Of a stretch of DNA of 64,000 bases, positions 20,637 through 29,303 are shown in pieces (position 1 is the first letter of the stretch; every line of letters begins with the position of its first letter). The stretch comes from Nitrospira sp. Its GTDB lineage: Bacteria > Nitrospirota > Nitrospiria > Nitrospirales > Nitrospiraceae. The DNA lies in assembly GCA_047150005.1 (NCBI GenBank), contig AP038806.1, positions 2,240,001 through 2,304,000 of the forward strand, in the 5' to 3' direction. A program made the position numbers and the translations under genes. A model generated the notes under the pieces. That model ran no database searches. It worked only from the letters and a program-made list of their open reading frames with translations, and was not told where the DNA came from.

Positions 20637-23600
20637 TTACGACATGGAAGGCAGGGGCGGAGAGAGGCCGTCCTCCGGTAGGAGATCGAGGAAATGGAGG
20701 TCCGAGACCGTGATGGTTACGGCACCGAATGAGTTTTCCACCACCCCGCGCACCACATATGGTTGGTATGGTCGGCCGGACGACAGGAGTCGGCGGCAGC
20801 GTCGGTAAACGTCGGGAAACAGGGTCGCATCATAGAGGGCGGTGGTATCCTCCAGGGTCAGAAATTCCATCGCGAGGCCGTCTTTGGTTTCCACAGGCTT
20901 TTCCGTGACGAGCCACCCCACCATGGTGATGTGTCGCCCGATGAACCGATCCATTTGTGAAGCCGGCACCGGTCTCACTCGTTCAATCTGGTCGCGATAC
21001 TGTGTCAAGGGGTGACGGCTCGCCGGAAAACCGAACGACTCGATCTCATGGGCCAACTTCTGCCTGGGAGCGTATTCGTCTGGTATCGGCAATAGATCGG
21101 ATTCGGCCTCGCCTGCGTAGACTCGCCAGAGCAGAGCCGGACGCGTGAGTTCACCGGCGATGGAATCACAGCAGCCCGCGCGAACGAGCGCTCGAGCTTG
21201 CTCTGTGTCGGGTTTGATGCGCTGGAGAAAGTCTTGAAAGGAGCGATAGGGGCCGCGTGCTGTCCGCTCGTTGACGATCCGGGTGCAAAAGTTTTCCGAC
21301 AACGTTTTGACCTGCATCAGTCCCATGCGCAGCCGATCTCCTTCGCCCTGATACGTCCACTCGCTGGCGTTCACATCCGGAAGCAGGACCGCCAGCCCCA
21401 TGCGACGCGCCTCAGAGAGGTAGGCGAGCGTCGAATAGAATCCGCCTCGATTGCTGATGACGGCCGCCATGAATTCCGCCGGATAATGGGCGCGAAGATA
21501 GGCCGATTTGAATGAGACCTGCGCATAGCTGGCTGAGTGAGGTTTGCAGAAGCTATAGCCGGCGAAGCTCATGATCATCGCCCATACCGTCTCGATCACC
21601 TCCCGCGATGCGCCGTTGCCGGCCGCACCGCGGCAAAACTGCCGGTAATAGTCCCGAAGTTGCCGCCGCTTGTGTTTTTTGCTGATGATCTTGCGGAGTT
21701 GATCCGCGTCTTCCACGGAAAAGCCGGCCAGCGCCATCGCCACCTTCGTGACGTCCTCCTGATACACCATGATGCCGAACGTGTCGTCCAGAATGGGCTC
21801 GATCAGCGGGTGCAATGGCTTGTAAGACTGTCCATGGGCACGTCGAACAAAATCATGGACGAAGGTGATGGCGGCGGGCCTGACGAGCGACGAGACGATG
21901 ACGAGATAGTCGAATACGTCGGCGGTCGGCAGCCGGTCGGGCGGCATGCCGATCCAGAGCTTTTTCAACAGGAGCCTCGTGGCCGGAGATTCGATGTAGA
22001 AACACCCGATCGTATCGCCGCGTCTGATCAGGTCTTGTGCAGCCTGGTCGTTTAACGGATCCCATGTCGCGTAGTCGATGTTGCGGCCCGTATGACGTGC
22101 GACGGCCTTCAGGGCATCACGGATGACGGCGAGCGAACGGTTCCCCAGAATGTCGATCTTAACCAGACCCGCTTCTTCCGCCTGGTCTTTTTCCCATTGG
22201 ATAACCGGCCGGTTTTTCACCGTTCGCTCCACCGGCACATAACGTCTGACGTCATCGGGCGTGATCACCACGCCTCCACAATGAAGAGAGAGATGGCGGA
22301 AATGGTTCTGCACCCGCAGCGCCTGCTCTAAAATTTCAGGCCACGGGCCGGTCAAGCGGAGGGACGTCGCGATCGCATGGAGCCATTGCGTGCCGGTTGG
22401 AGCGTCGACGAATGTCTGTTCACGCATGATGCGGGAGCAGGCGGTCGATATCTCCTTGGCCGGCATGCCGTAGACCTTCGCGGTTTCGCGGATGGCCGCG
22501 CGCAGGCCGAGATGGTTCTGATTCGCGACCATCGCCGCCCGCCCGTCGTACTGCTTGAAGATTCTCTCGAATACCGCCTCGCGTTCATCCCAGGGGAAAT
22601 CGATGTCGATATCGGGCGGGTCGGTTCGGCCCGGATTCAGAAACCGCTCGAAGAACAAATTGTGTTTGAGAGGCTCTACGTGTGTGATCTTCAGACAGTA
22701 GGACACAATTGAAGCCGCCACCGAGCCGCGACCGCATGTCATGCATGTTCCGGCGAGTTCATGTACCACCAGAAAATAATGGACGAAGCGGTTGTGTCGA
22801 ATGATGGAGAGTTCCTTTTCAATCCGTTCCCGGATCTCCGGCGAGAGGGTGCCGTATCGTTCCGCGGCACCTGCATAGGTGCGTGCGCGAAGGGTGGCGA
22901 ATGCCTCGTCGTCCTTGAGGTTTCCGAACGAGGGGAAGACGGCGTCGCGAACGCTCCATCTGCTATGACAGGCTTCGGCAATCCGGGCCGTATTGTCCAG
23001 AGCGTCCGGCGCATGGGGAAAGTGCGAAGCCATCCGTGCGGGCGGCATCAGCCACTGAGAAGATCCGCAGCAGGCTTCGGCCGGCAATCGCGACAGCGTG
23101 GTATTGAGCGCGATTGCGCGCAGCAGTCGATGCGTGCCGTAAGCTTCCGGGCGTGCAAAATAGACCCGGTTGGTGGCGACCGGCGGCAGCCCGGTGCGGC
23201 GGCTGAACTGCAACGCCTCATACATGGCGGGGCCAGGCATCAGCTCCACATAGAGATCGCGAGTGGATTCCCCGGCCCACGCGGATAGGGCCGCTTCATC
23301 GTCGGTGAAGACGATCAGGCCTTGGCGACGGCGGGCGACGGCGGAAAGAAAATCGAACGACTGATCGTCGTGCCGTTCAGACAACAGACGACAGAGATTG
23401 GCATAGCCCTCGAGCGTTTTGACCAGCAGCACGGCGCGGTGGCCGGCGGTCGTCAGTTCGGCGCCGAGAATGGGCCGCAGCCCCCGCTGCAGGGCGTGAT
23501 CGATGAATCGGATGGCGCCATAGAGCCCGTTGGTATCGGTCAACGCCAAGCAGGAGAGGCCTTGCCGTTGCGCCGCGACACACAACTCGTCAAGGGAAGA

Positions 23601-23663
23601 CGCGCCGCGCATCGGCGAGTAATGCGAGTGGACATGCAGATGGACGAACGGAGGGGGCGTCAT
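20637..23663 (-). CDS. dnaE2: Error-prone DNA polymerase III alpha homolog (DnaE2/ImuC-like)
   Basis: PHP domain HLHVHSHYS, GRGSVA, PPDIDIDF catalytic Asps, GYSFCKPHS, OB fold; coupled to imuB by an ATGA overlap. Confidence 0.9.
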   Translation of the reverse strand: MTPPPFVHLHVHSHYSPMRGASSLDELCVAAQRQGLSCLALTDTNGLYGAIRFIDHALQRGLRPILGAELTTAGHRAVLLVKTLEGYANLCRLLSERHDDQSFDFLSAVARRRQGLIVFTDDEAALSAWAGESTRDLYVELMPGPAMYEALQFSRRTGLPPVATNRVYFARPEAYGTHRLLRAIALNTTLSRLPAEACCGSSQWLMPPARMASHFPHAPDALDNTARIAEACHSRWSVRDAVFPSFGNLKDDEAFATLRARTYAGAAERYGTLSPEIRERIEKELSIIRHNRFVHYFLVVHELAGTCMTCGRGSVAASIVSYCLKITHVEPLKHNLFFERFLNPGRTDPPDIDIDFPWDEREAVFERIFKQYDGRAAMVANQNHLGLRAAIRETAKVYGMPAKEISTACSRIMREQTFVDAPTGTQWLHAIATSLRLTGPWPEILEQALRVQNHFRHLSLHCGGVVITPDDVRRYVPVERTVKNRPVIQWEKDQAEEAGLVKIDILGNRSLAVIRDALKAVARHTGRNIDYATWDPLNDQAAQDLIRRGDTIGCFYIESPATRLLLKKLWIGMPPDRLPTADVFDYLVIVSSLVRPAAITFVHDFVRRAHGQSYKPLHPLIEPILDDTFGIMVYQEDVTKVAMALAGFSVEDADQLRKIISKKHKRRQLRDYYRQFCRGAAGNGASREVIETVWAMIMSFAGYSFCKPHSASYAQVSFKSAYLRAHYPAEFMAAVISNRGGFYSTLAYLSEARRMGLAVLLPDVNASEWTYQGEGDRLRMGLMQVKTLSENFCTRIVNERTARGPYRSFQDFLQRIKPDTEQARALVRAGCCDSIAGELTRPALLWRVYAGEAESDLLPIPDEYAPRQKLAHEIESFGFPASRHPLTQYRDQIERVRPVPASQMDRFIGRHITMVGWLVTEKPVETKDGLAMEFLTLEDTTALYDATLFPDVYRRCRRLLSSGRPYQPYVVRGVVENSFGAVTITVSDLHFLDLLPEDGLSPPLPSMS

Positions 23664-24853
23664 CGCCGGACCGCACCCCAACAAACGGCCTGCGCGCCGA
23701 ACTTGGCACGAATCCGATCCACAGCCAGGGACAGACGCTGGTGCGCCGGTTGCCTAGAGGACGTCGATGTCCCGAACAGTCCAAGTTGTTCGGCCGGAGA
23801 CTCCAAGTGATCAACCTGAAGAGTCACGTGCTGCAGCCGAACACGGCGCCGGAAGCATCGAATGAACAGACGCCTGAGCACCGGTTTGAGATCGGCTTCC
23901 CAATAGGTCGCATGGTGGAGCCTTTGCTGGGCGACCTGTTGATGCTGATCACTGTGCCGAACGATGAGCAGCAGGCGCCGGCAGACTCGTCCCTGTTGTC
24001 GAAGCATTGTGCAGAGGTCCTCCAATAATCCGTATAAACGTCCCAGTAACATGCCGTCGTCGATCTCTTCGGGATTCAGCCTGAGCGACCGCTCGATCGC
24101 CGGTTGATCGGTCAGAGAACGGACGGGGGACGGATCGACCCCCGATGCCCAATCATGCAACCACGCGGCGGCGGCGCCGAACGCCGATTGCAGATGAGCC
24201 AGCGACACGGATGAAACGGCTCCCATGGTCCGCAGATTCAAATCTTCCAGCCGCTGCATAATTTGCGATGTGCGTATGTGCTGCGCGTGATGATGGAGAC
24301 CCGGCAGCCATGCGGCCGGCAAGGGGGCAAGAAACGGTTGCTCCGAGCCGGCTTGGATGGAGAGTATTTGCGGCGGTGCGGCGAGAGAGGTTGCCGCCAG
24401 TTGCGACACCAGTTTGTTTCCTGCCAGTCCGATGACACTCTGTAATCCTAGCTGCCGGGTCAATGCGCGTCCGAGGCGGAAAACCGTGTCGATGGGAGGG
24501 CCGAAGCAACGGGTCGTTCCGGTGAGATCCAGGAACAGCGCTCCAGGCCTGATCGATTCCCACACCGGCGCGAAAGGCAGGACGGTCTGTTGCACGGCGC
24601 GATGAGCCGTCTGTATCGACGACAAGTCCGGTGGAATGAGTCGCAGGCCCGGACACAGCCGCCGGGCCAACTCGATCGGGATGCCGGGCCGTACTCCTTC
24701 TTGCGTCGCTTCGCGAGAGGCTTCAAGGACCAATGCGCGTTGGGTGTGAAGAGGGGCCAACACGACAGGGCGGTTCCGTAGCGCTGGTTCGGTTGCCTGA
24801 GCCAACGCAATTCCGAAACAAGGAATCTGCAGATAGGCAATATGACGGTCCAT
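23660..24853 (-). CDS. imuB: Catalytically inactive Y-family polymerase ImuB
   Basis: Y-family layout (GVRPG, FLDLTG, IGLAGNKLVS) lacking the DxDxF and SIDE acidic residues; QLGLF clamp motif; C-terminal AVDRIRAKFG. Confidence 0.85.
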   Translation of the reverse strand: MDRHIAYLQIPCFGIALAQATEPALRNRPVVLAPLHTQRALVLEASREATQEGVRPGIPIELARRLCPGLRLIPPDLSSIQTAHRAVQQTVLPFAPVWESIRPGALFLDLTGTTRCFGPPIDTVFRLGRALTRQLGLQSVIGLAGNKLVSQLAATSLAAPPQILSIQAGSEQPFLAPLPAAWLPGLHHHAQHIRTSQIMQRLEDLNLRTMGAVSSVSLAHLQSAFGAAAAWLHDWASGVDPSPVRSLTDQPAIERSLRLNPEEIDDGMLLGRLYGLLEDLCTMLRQQGRVCRRLLLIVRHSDQHQQVAQQRLHHATYWEADLKPVLRRLFIRCFRRRVRLQHVTLQVDHLESPAEQLGLFGTSTSSRQPAHQRLSLAVDRIRAKFGAQAVCWGAVRR

Positions 24854-24867
24854 AGCCGTACTCGAAA

Positions 24868-24905
24868 TGTATCCAATGGTTACAAATGGTAGTGCCCGAT
24901 GTCAA
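24868..24905 (-). promoter_or_regulatory. imuB-dnaE2 promoter with overlapping palindromic operator (candidate SOS box)
   Basis: Minus strand TTGACA (24905-24900)-N17-TAACCA; 17-bp imperfect palindrome TGTATCCA-A-TGGTTACA at 24868-24884. Confidence 0.65.
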
Positions 24906-25273
24906 TCGTGCGGGAAGGAGTCGATATTCAACAACGCAGCCTGCTGCAAAGAGACCAGACCAGGTCTTCGATCCACGATGGCTGGAAAAACGACGGGGCA
25001 ACAACGACTCCCTGTACAGATTCGTGCGCGATGAGCAAGGGGAAGCGGAAGGCCACCTGTAAGGAATGAAAGAGTAAAGAGAGAGGTGGCATACGTGCGA
25101 TGTCTCGTATTTTTGCTATATCGATTTGTGCATGGTAGCCTCCGCCCAGATTGCTGAGCCCCTGATCAGGCGTGCGATGACACCTCCGGTTTGCTCCCTG
25201 GCTTCAGACGAGCTTCAGGCTGGAGCGGCGGTTGTCTTGCCACAGATGCCGACGCGTAGAAAGAACGGAGACG

Positions 25274-25906
25274 ATGGATCTCGTCGAGCGAGCAAAAAAC
25301 ATCTTGCTTCAGCCCAAGGTCGAATGGTCAGTGATCGAACCGGAACACATCTCCGCACAGACGCTCTATACCGGATACATCATGCCGCTGGCTGCGATCG
25401 GGCCGGTTGCAATGCTGATCGGAATGTCCATCATCGGTATAGAGATGCCATCTATTGGAACCGTGCGGATACCGCTTCCGACCCTGCTCCCACAGATATT
25501 GGTCGGCTACGGATTGGGAGTGGCCGCCGTCTATGTGTTAGCTCTGGTCATCGATGCGTTGGCGCCGACCTTCGACGGCAAGAGCGATCGGATGCAGGCG
25601 TTGAAAGTCGCGGCCTATGGTGCAACGGCTTCCTGGGTCGGGGGAGTCTTCCATCTCGTGCCGACGTTGGGCATTTTGGGGTTGTTAGCGGGATGCTACA
25701 CGCTCTACCTATTTTATTTGGGGTTGCCCGTCCTCATGAAGTCTCCGCCCGAACGGTCTCTCGGCTATGCGATAACGATCATGGTCGCCGCGGTTGTTCT
25801 CACCGCCGTTGTCGGGTTGTTCAGCGCCGTCTTCGTGGAATTTCCGGCTCCTGAGGACCTCTCGCCGTCGGAACTGCCGGCGTCGCAAGAGAACTCCAAT
25901 CAATAG
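25274..25906 (+). CDS. Yip1 domain membrane protein
   Basis: ERAKNILLQPKVEW start, about 5 TM helices, YTLYLFYLGLPVLMK. Confidence 0.85.
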   Translation: MDLVERAKNILLQPKVEWSVIEPEHISAQTLYTGYIMPLAAIGPVAMLIGMSIIGIEMPSIGTVRIPLPTLLPQILVGYGLGVAAVYVLALVIDALAPTFDGKSDRMQALKVAAYGATASWVGGVFHLVPTLGILGLLAGCYTLYLFYLGLPVLMKSPPERSLGYAITIMVAAVVLTAVVGLFSAVFVEFPAPEDLSPSELPASQENSNQ

Positions 25907-25977
25907 CCAGATGTCTCCCGAACAGCTGCCGGAATCGACCACCCTTGAATCAGGCCGGTGCGGAAGGCCTTCACGGT

Positions 25978-26007
25978 TTGACAGCATTTTCACCCTTGTG
26001 CTAGGGT
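25978..26007 (+). promoter_or_regulatory. sigma70-type promoter of rpsF operon
   Basis: TTGACA-N18-TAGGGT with extended -10 TG. Confidence 0.65.
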
Positions 26008-26041
26008 GCACGATCTTTGCGCCGAAAAGAGGGCGCACCTA

Positions 26042-26082
26042 CACCTCGCTCCGGACGTGATCCGGGGCCTTGTCCAGGAGGA
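26042..26082 (+). promoter_or_regulatory. S6:S18 ribosomal protein leader (autoregulatory RNA)
   Basis: CCTCG followed by stem CTCCGGAC...GTCC-A-GGAG that sequesters the rpsF SD, the expected layout for this leader. Confidence 0.65.
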
Positions 26083-26088
26083 TGCCGC

Positions 26089-26436
26089 ATGGAGCTCTAC
26101 GAGTCTCTGTTCATTATCCGTCCGTCCGTGACCGATGAGGAAACCAACGCGCTCATCGAGAAGATGAAAGCGGTCGCCGACAAGACGGGCGCACAGTTCA
26201 TCAAGGCCGAAAATTGGGGCCGGAAAAAGCTCGCCTATGAAGTCCGACGGGAGCGGAAGGGTACCTACGTATACTTCTACTTCAAGGCGCCCAACAATAC
26301 CGTCGCCGAGCTGGAGCGCGCGTATCGGCTCGAAGACAACATCATCAAGTTTCTGACGGTCCACCTCGAGAAGGAACTGGTGCCGCGTCGAGCTGCCGAG
26401 ACGCCGTCCGAGGAGTTTGCCGGTGGCCGGGTTTAA
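26089..26436 (+). CDS. rpsF: 30S ribosomal protein S6
   Basis: YESLFIIRP and WGRKKLAYE motifs. Confidence 0.96.
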   Translation: MELYESLFIIRPSVTDEETNALIEKMKAVADKTGAQFIKAENWGRKKLAYEVRRERKGTYVYFYFKAPNNTVAELERAYRLEDNIIKFLTVHLEKELVPRRAAETPSEEFAGGRV

Positions 26437-26824
26437 CAAAGTCATCCTCCTGGGTAACCTCACACGCAATCCGGAGCTGCGCTATACCCCGAACGGAACG
26501 CCGGTGGCGACGTTGGGATTGGCGGTCAGCCGGCGGTACAAGCAGGGGGAGGATCTCAAAGAAGAGGTGTGTTTCGTAGACATCGTCGTGTTCGGGAAAC
26601 AGGCCGAACACTGCGGACAGTATCTGAGCAAGGGGAACGGCGTTATCGTGGAAGGCCGGTTGCAGCATCGACGCTGGGAAACCGAAGACGGGCAAAAGCG
26701 GAGCAAACATGAGGTGGTCGCGCAGACCGTGACCTTCATGCCCAAACGCGGGGAGACGGGCGGCGGAAGCGCCGCCGCCGGCCATCATGAGGAACCGGCG
26801 TACGAGTACGAAGAACCGCAATAG
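26423..26824 (+). CDS. ssb: Single-stranded DNA-binding protein
   Basis: FNKVILLGNLTRNPELRYTP and VEGRLQ; GTG start. Confidence 0.96.
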   Translation: MAGFNKVILLGNLTRNPELRYTPNGTPVATLGLAVSRRYKQGEDLKEEVCFVDIVVFGKQAEHCGQYLSKGNGVIVEGRLQHRRWETEDGQKRSKHEVVAQTVTFMPKRGETGGGSAAAGHHEEPAYEYEEPQ

Positions 26825-26849
26825 GCGGTGATGGTGAAGGAGAGCAGCG

Positions 26850-27125
26850 ATGGAACGAGAACGTGGTGGAAGCGGCGGTGGGCGAGGTGACGGTGGCGGA
26901 GGAGGCGGGCGGTTTTTCCAGCGCCGGCGGCCCTGCCGCTTCTGCGTGGAAAAAGGGCCGATCGATTTCAAAGATGTCGGCCTCCTGCGTAATTTCCTGA
27001 CCGAGCGCGGGCGTATCGTGCCGCGCCGTATCTCCGGCAACTGCCTGGGTCATCAGCGTGAATTGACGACCGCGGTGAAACGCGCCCGTCACATCGCGTT
27101 GATCAGTTTTGCCGAAGAGCGGTAG
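26850..27125 (+). CDS. rpsR: 30S ribosomal protein S18 (zinc-binding type, Gly-rich N-terminus)
   Basis: [28 protein letters not shown]. Confidence 0.97.
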   Translation: MERERGGSGGGRGDGGGGGGRFFQRRRPCRFCVEKGPIDFKDVGLLRNFLTERGRIVPRRISGNCLGHQRELTTAVKRARHIALISFAEER

Positions 27126-27144
27126 TCCGGTCGTCCGGTTGATC

Positions 27145-27759
27145 ATGCAGGCAGGTGCGGCGATGGGGCTGCTTACACCGCTGATCGCGGAAATCACCGC
27201 CGAGAACGTCTCGTTGGTCGGAGAAGTGACGTCCGAAGAGCTGGGACTGACGGAGCGCGACGCCGTAATCCGTGGACCCTTGTCGGTGAGTCTGGATCTC
27301 ATGAAGGCGGACGACATGATCGCCGTCACGGGGGTCGTGGAAGGCACGGCGGTCCGGCAGTGTGTCCGCTGTCTGCAGGAATACGACGACGCACTGGCGT
27401 TTTCCGTTCATGCGGCGTACGCCCGAGAGGGTAAAGAGGCCAGAAAAGATTCTCGCGCGGCGGGACGCCAGACCCGGACAGCCGACGCCCGTAAAGGCAA
27501 AAGTGTGCCCGGAAAGGGTGAGCCCGCTTCCGAGGAAGATGCCGAGGATGACGACCGATATTTTTACCAGGGCGATCATGTGGACCTGGCTCCGATGCTG
27601 CGCGAGCACGTCATCCTGGCCGCGCCCATGCAGCCGCTCTGCCGCGAAGAGTGCGCGGGGCTGTGCCCGCGTTGCGGCAAGGATTTGAATGAAGGACCCT
27701 GTCAGTGCCCGACGGGGCCGGCACCGACGGTGTTCAGGGTCATCCGGAACATGAAATAA
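27145..27759 (+). CDS. yceD: YceD/DUF177 family protein
   Basis: CVRCL and PMQPLCREECAGLCPRCG motifs; upstream of rpmF; start uncertain (27145 or 27163). Confidence 0.88.
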   Translation: MQAGAAMGLLTPLIAEITAENVSLVGEVTSEELGLTERDAVIRGPLSVSLDLMKADDMIAVTGVVEGTAVRQCVRCLQEYDDALAFSVHAAYAREGKEARKDSRAAGRQTRTADARKGKSVPGKGEPASEEDAEDDDRYFYQGDHVDLAPMLREHVILAAPMQPLCREECAGLCPRCGKDLNEGPCQCPTGPAPTVFRVIRNMK

Positions 27760-27819
27760 TTGAGCAACGACCGGTCGGATCATCGGCCGGTCGAGTGTCG
27801 ACTGTTTGGAGGAAGAGCG

Positions 27820-28005
27820 ATGCCAAATCCGAAACATAAACATTCCCGAGCCCGACGCGACAAGCGTCGCACACAGAAGTTGCGGGTCACGCCTCCGGGC
27901 ATGTCCGTGTGCCCTCAATGTCACGAACTCAAGTTGCCGCATTACACCTGCCTCAATTGCGGAACCTATAAAGGCAAGGCTGTCATCCAAGTCGAAGAGG
28001 TCTAG
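27820..28005 (+). CDS. rpmF: 50S ribosomal protein L32
   Basis: MPNPKHKHSRARRDKRR, CPQC..PH..CLNCGTY. Confidence 0.96.
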   Translation: MPNPKHKHSRARRDKRRTQKLRVTPPGMSVCPQCHELKLPHYTCLNCGTYKGKAVIQVEEV

Positions 28006-28169
28006 ACGGATGGCGACACAGCCGTGCGCCTCGCGGTGATGTCGCTCCGGCCGCCGGCCGGCGCGAGCGGTCGGGTTCAGACCCGCGCCGGGACCAAGCC
28101 CCGGCAAGCCAAACGGTCGAGGCGGTTTCCGCTCGGATGAGACGCAGAGTGACCCGTTGAGGTCCCCTG

Positions 28170-28198
28170 TTGTGTCGCCGGTACTTCTGCTATAAGCT
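28170..28198 (+). promoter_or_regulatory. Putative promoter of plsX-fabH
   Basis: TTGTGT-N17-TAAGCT. Confidence 0.4.
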
Positions 28199-28277
28199 TC
28201 CAGGCCGACGACCAAGCCGCCGGTGTGTTGCGGCGGTTCAAACGAGTCTTCAAGCACGAGTGACCACACCATCCCGA

Positions 28278-29303
28278 ATGAAAATTGCGCTCGATGCGAT
28301 GGGGGGCGATCATGGCCCCGCTCCCTGTATCGAGGGCGCGCTGTCTGCCGCGCAGGATCTGAACGTGGATGTCGTCCTGGTCGGCGACGAAAAGGTCCTG
28401 GTGGAGGAATGCCGGCGTCTGGGCTGCACGGATGCCCGCCTCTCCATCAAACACGCGCCCCAGGTCGTCGAAATGCACGAGTCGCCGGCCGCCGTGGCCA
28501 GAAAGAAACGCGAGTCCTCGATCTGGATCGCGACGGAGTTGGTGAAAAGCGGCGAAGCCGACGCCGTCGTGAGCCCCGGCAATACCGGCGCCAGCATGGT
28601 GGCCTCGTTCTTTGTGCTGGGCCTGACCAAGGGGGTCGAGCGTCCGGCGATCGCCACGAGTCTGCCGACCCTGACCGGAGAGGCGATCATGCTGGACGTC
28701 GGAGCCAACGTCGACTGCACCGCCCAGCATTTGACTCAATTTGCCATCATGGGCAACGAATACGGTAAACACTTGTTCCGCAAGCCGAATCCGCGGGTCG
28801 GGCTCCTCAGCATCGGCGAAGAGGACGGCAAGGGCAATGAGGTCACGAAAGAAGCCTTCAGGATGCTGAAAGGGAGCGCACTGAACTTCGTCGGTAACGT
28901 TGAAGGACGGGACGTCTACAGCGGAAACGCGGACGTCGTGGTATGCGACGGATTTATCGGGAACGTCGCCCTCAAGATTTCCGAGGGTGTGGCGGACACG
29001 ATCAAGAAACTGCTGTTCAAGGAAATCTCCGGCTCCTTGTTGGGGCGGCTCGCGTACCCGCTGATCGCCTCGCCGCTTCGAAACCTGAAGCGCCGGATCG
29101 ACTACGCCGAGTTCGGCGGCGCGCCGCTTCTGGGCGTGAACGGCATCACGATGATTTGTCACGGCCGTTCATCCGCCAAAGCGATCAAGAACGCCATCCG
29201 GCGGGCAAAAGGACTGGCCGAGAGCCGGGTCGATGAGTTGATCCAGCGGGACATCGAAGAGAGCCTGGCGCAGAGCCGGTTGCCCGAGGAGCCGTCGGCG
29301 TGA
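28278..29303 (+). CDS. plsX: Phosphate acyltransferase PlsX
   Basis: IALDAMGGDHGP, SPGNTGA, LDVGAN, VCDGFIGN, HGRS. Confidence 0.96.
   Translation: MKIALDAMGGDHGPAPCIEGALSAAQDLNVDVVLVGDEKVLVEECRRLGCTDARLSIKHAPQVVEMHESPAAVARKKRESSIWIATELVKSGEADAVVSPGNTGASMVASFFVLGLTKGVERPAIATSLPTLTGEAIMLDVGANVDCTAQHLTQFAIMGNEYGKHLFRKPNPRVGLLSIGEEDGKGNEVTKEAFRMLKGSALNFVGNVEGRDVYSGNADVVVCDGFIGNVALKISEGVADTIKKLLFKEISGSLLGRLAYPLIASPLRNLKRRIDYAEFGGAPLLGVNGITMICHGRSSAKAIKNAIRRAKGLAESRVDELIQRDIEESLAQSRLPEEPSA

Noticed and set aside
24723..25004. 93-aa ORF as a possible imuA
   Set aside because: No RecA/SulA-like motifs; it overlaps imuB out of frame and runs across the promoter and operator.
25086..25105. sigma54 promoter (TGGCA..) for the Yip1 gene
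   Set aside because: No TTGC at the required -12 spacing.
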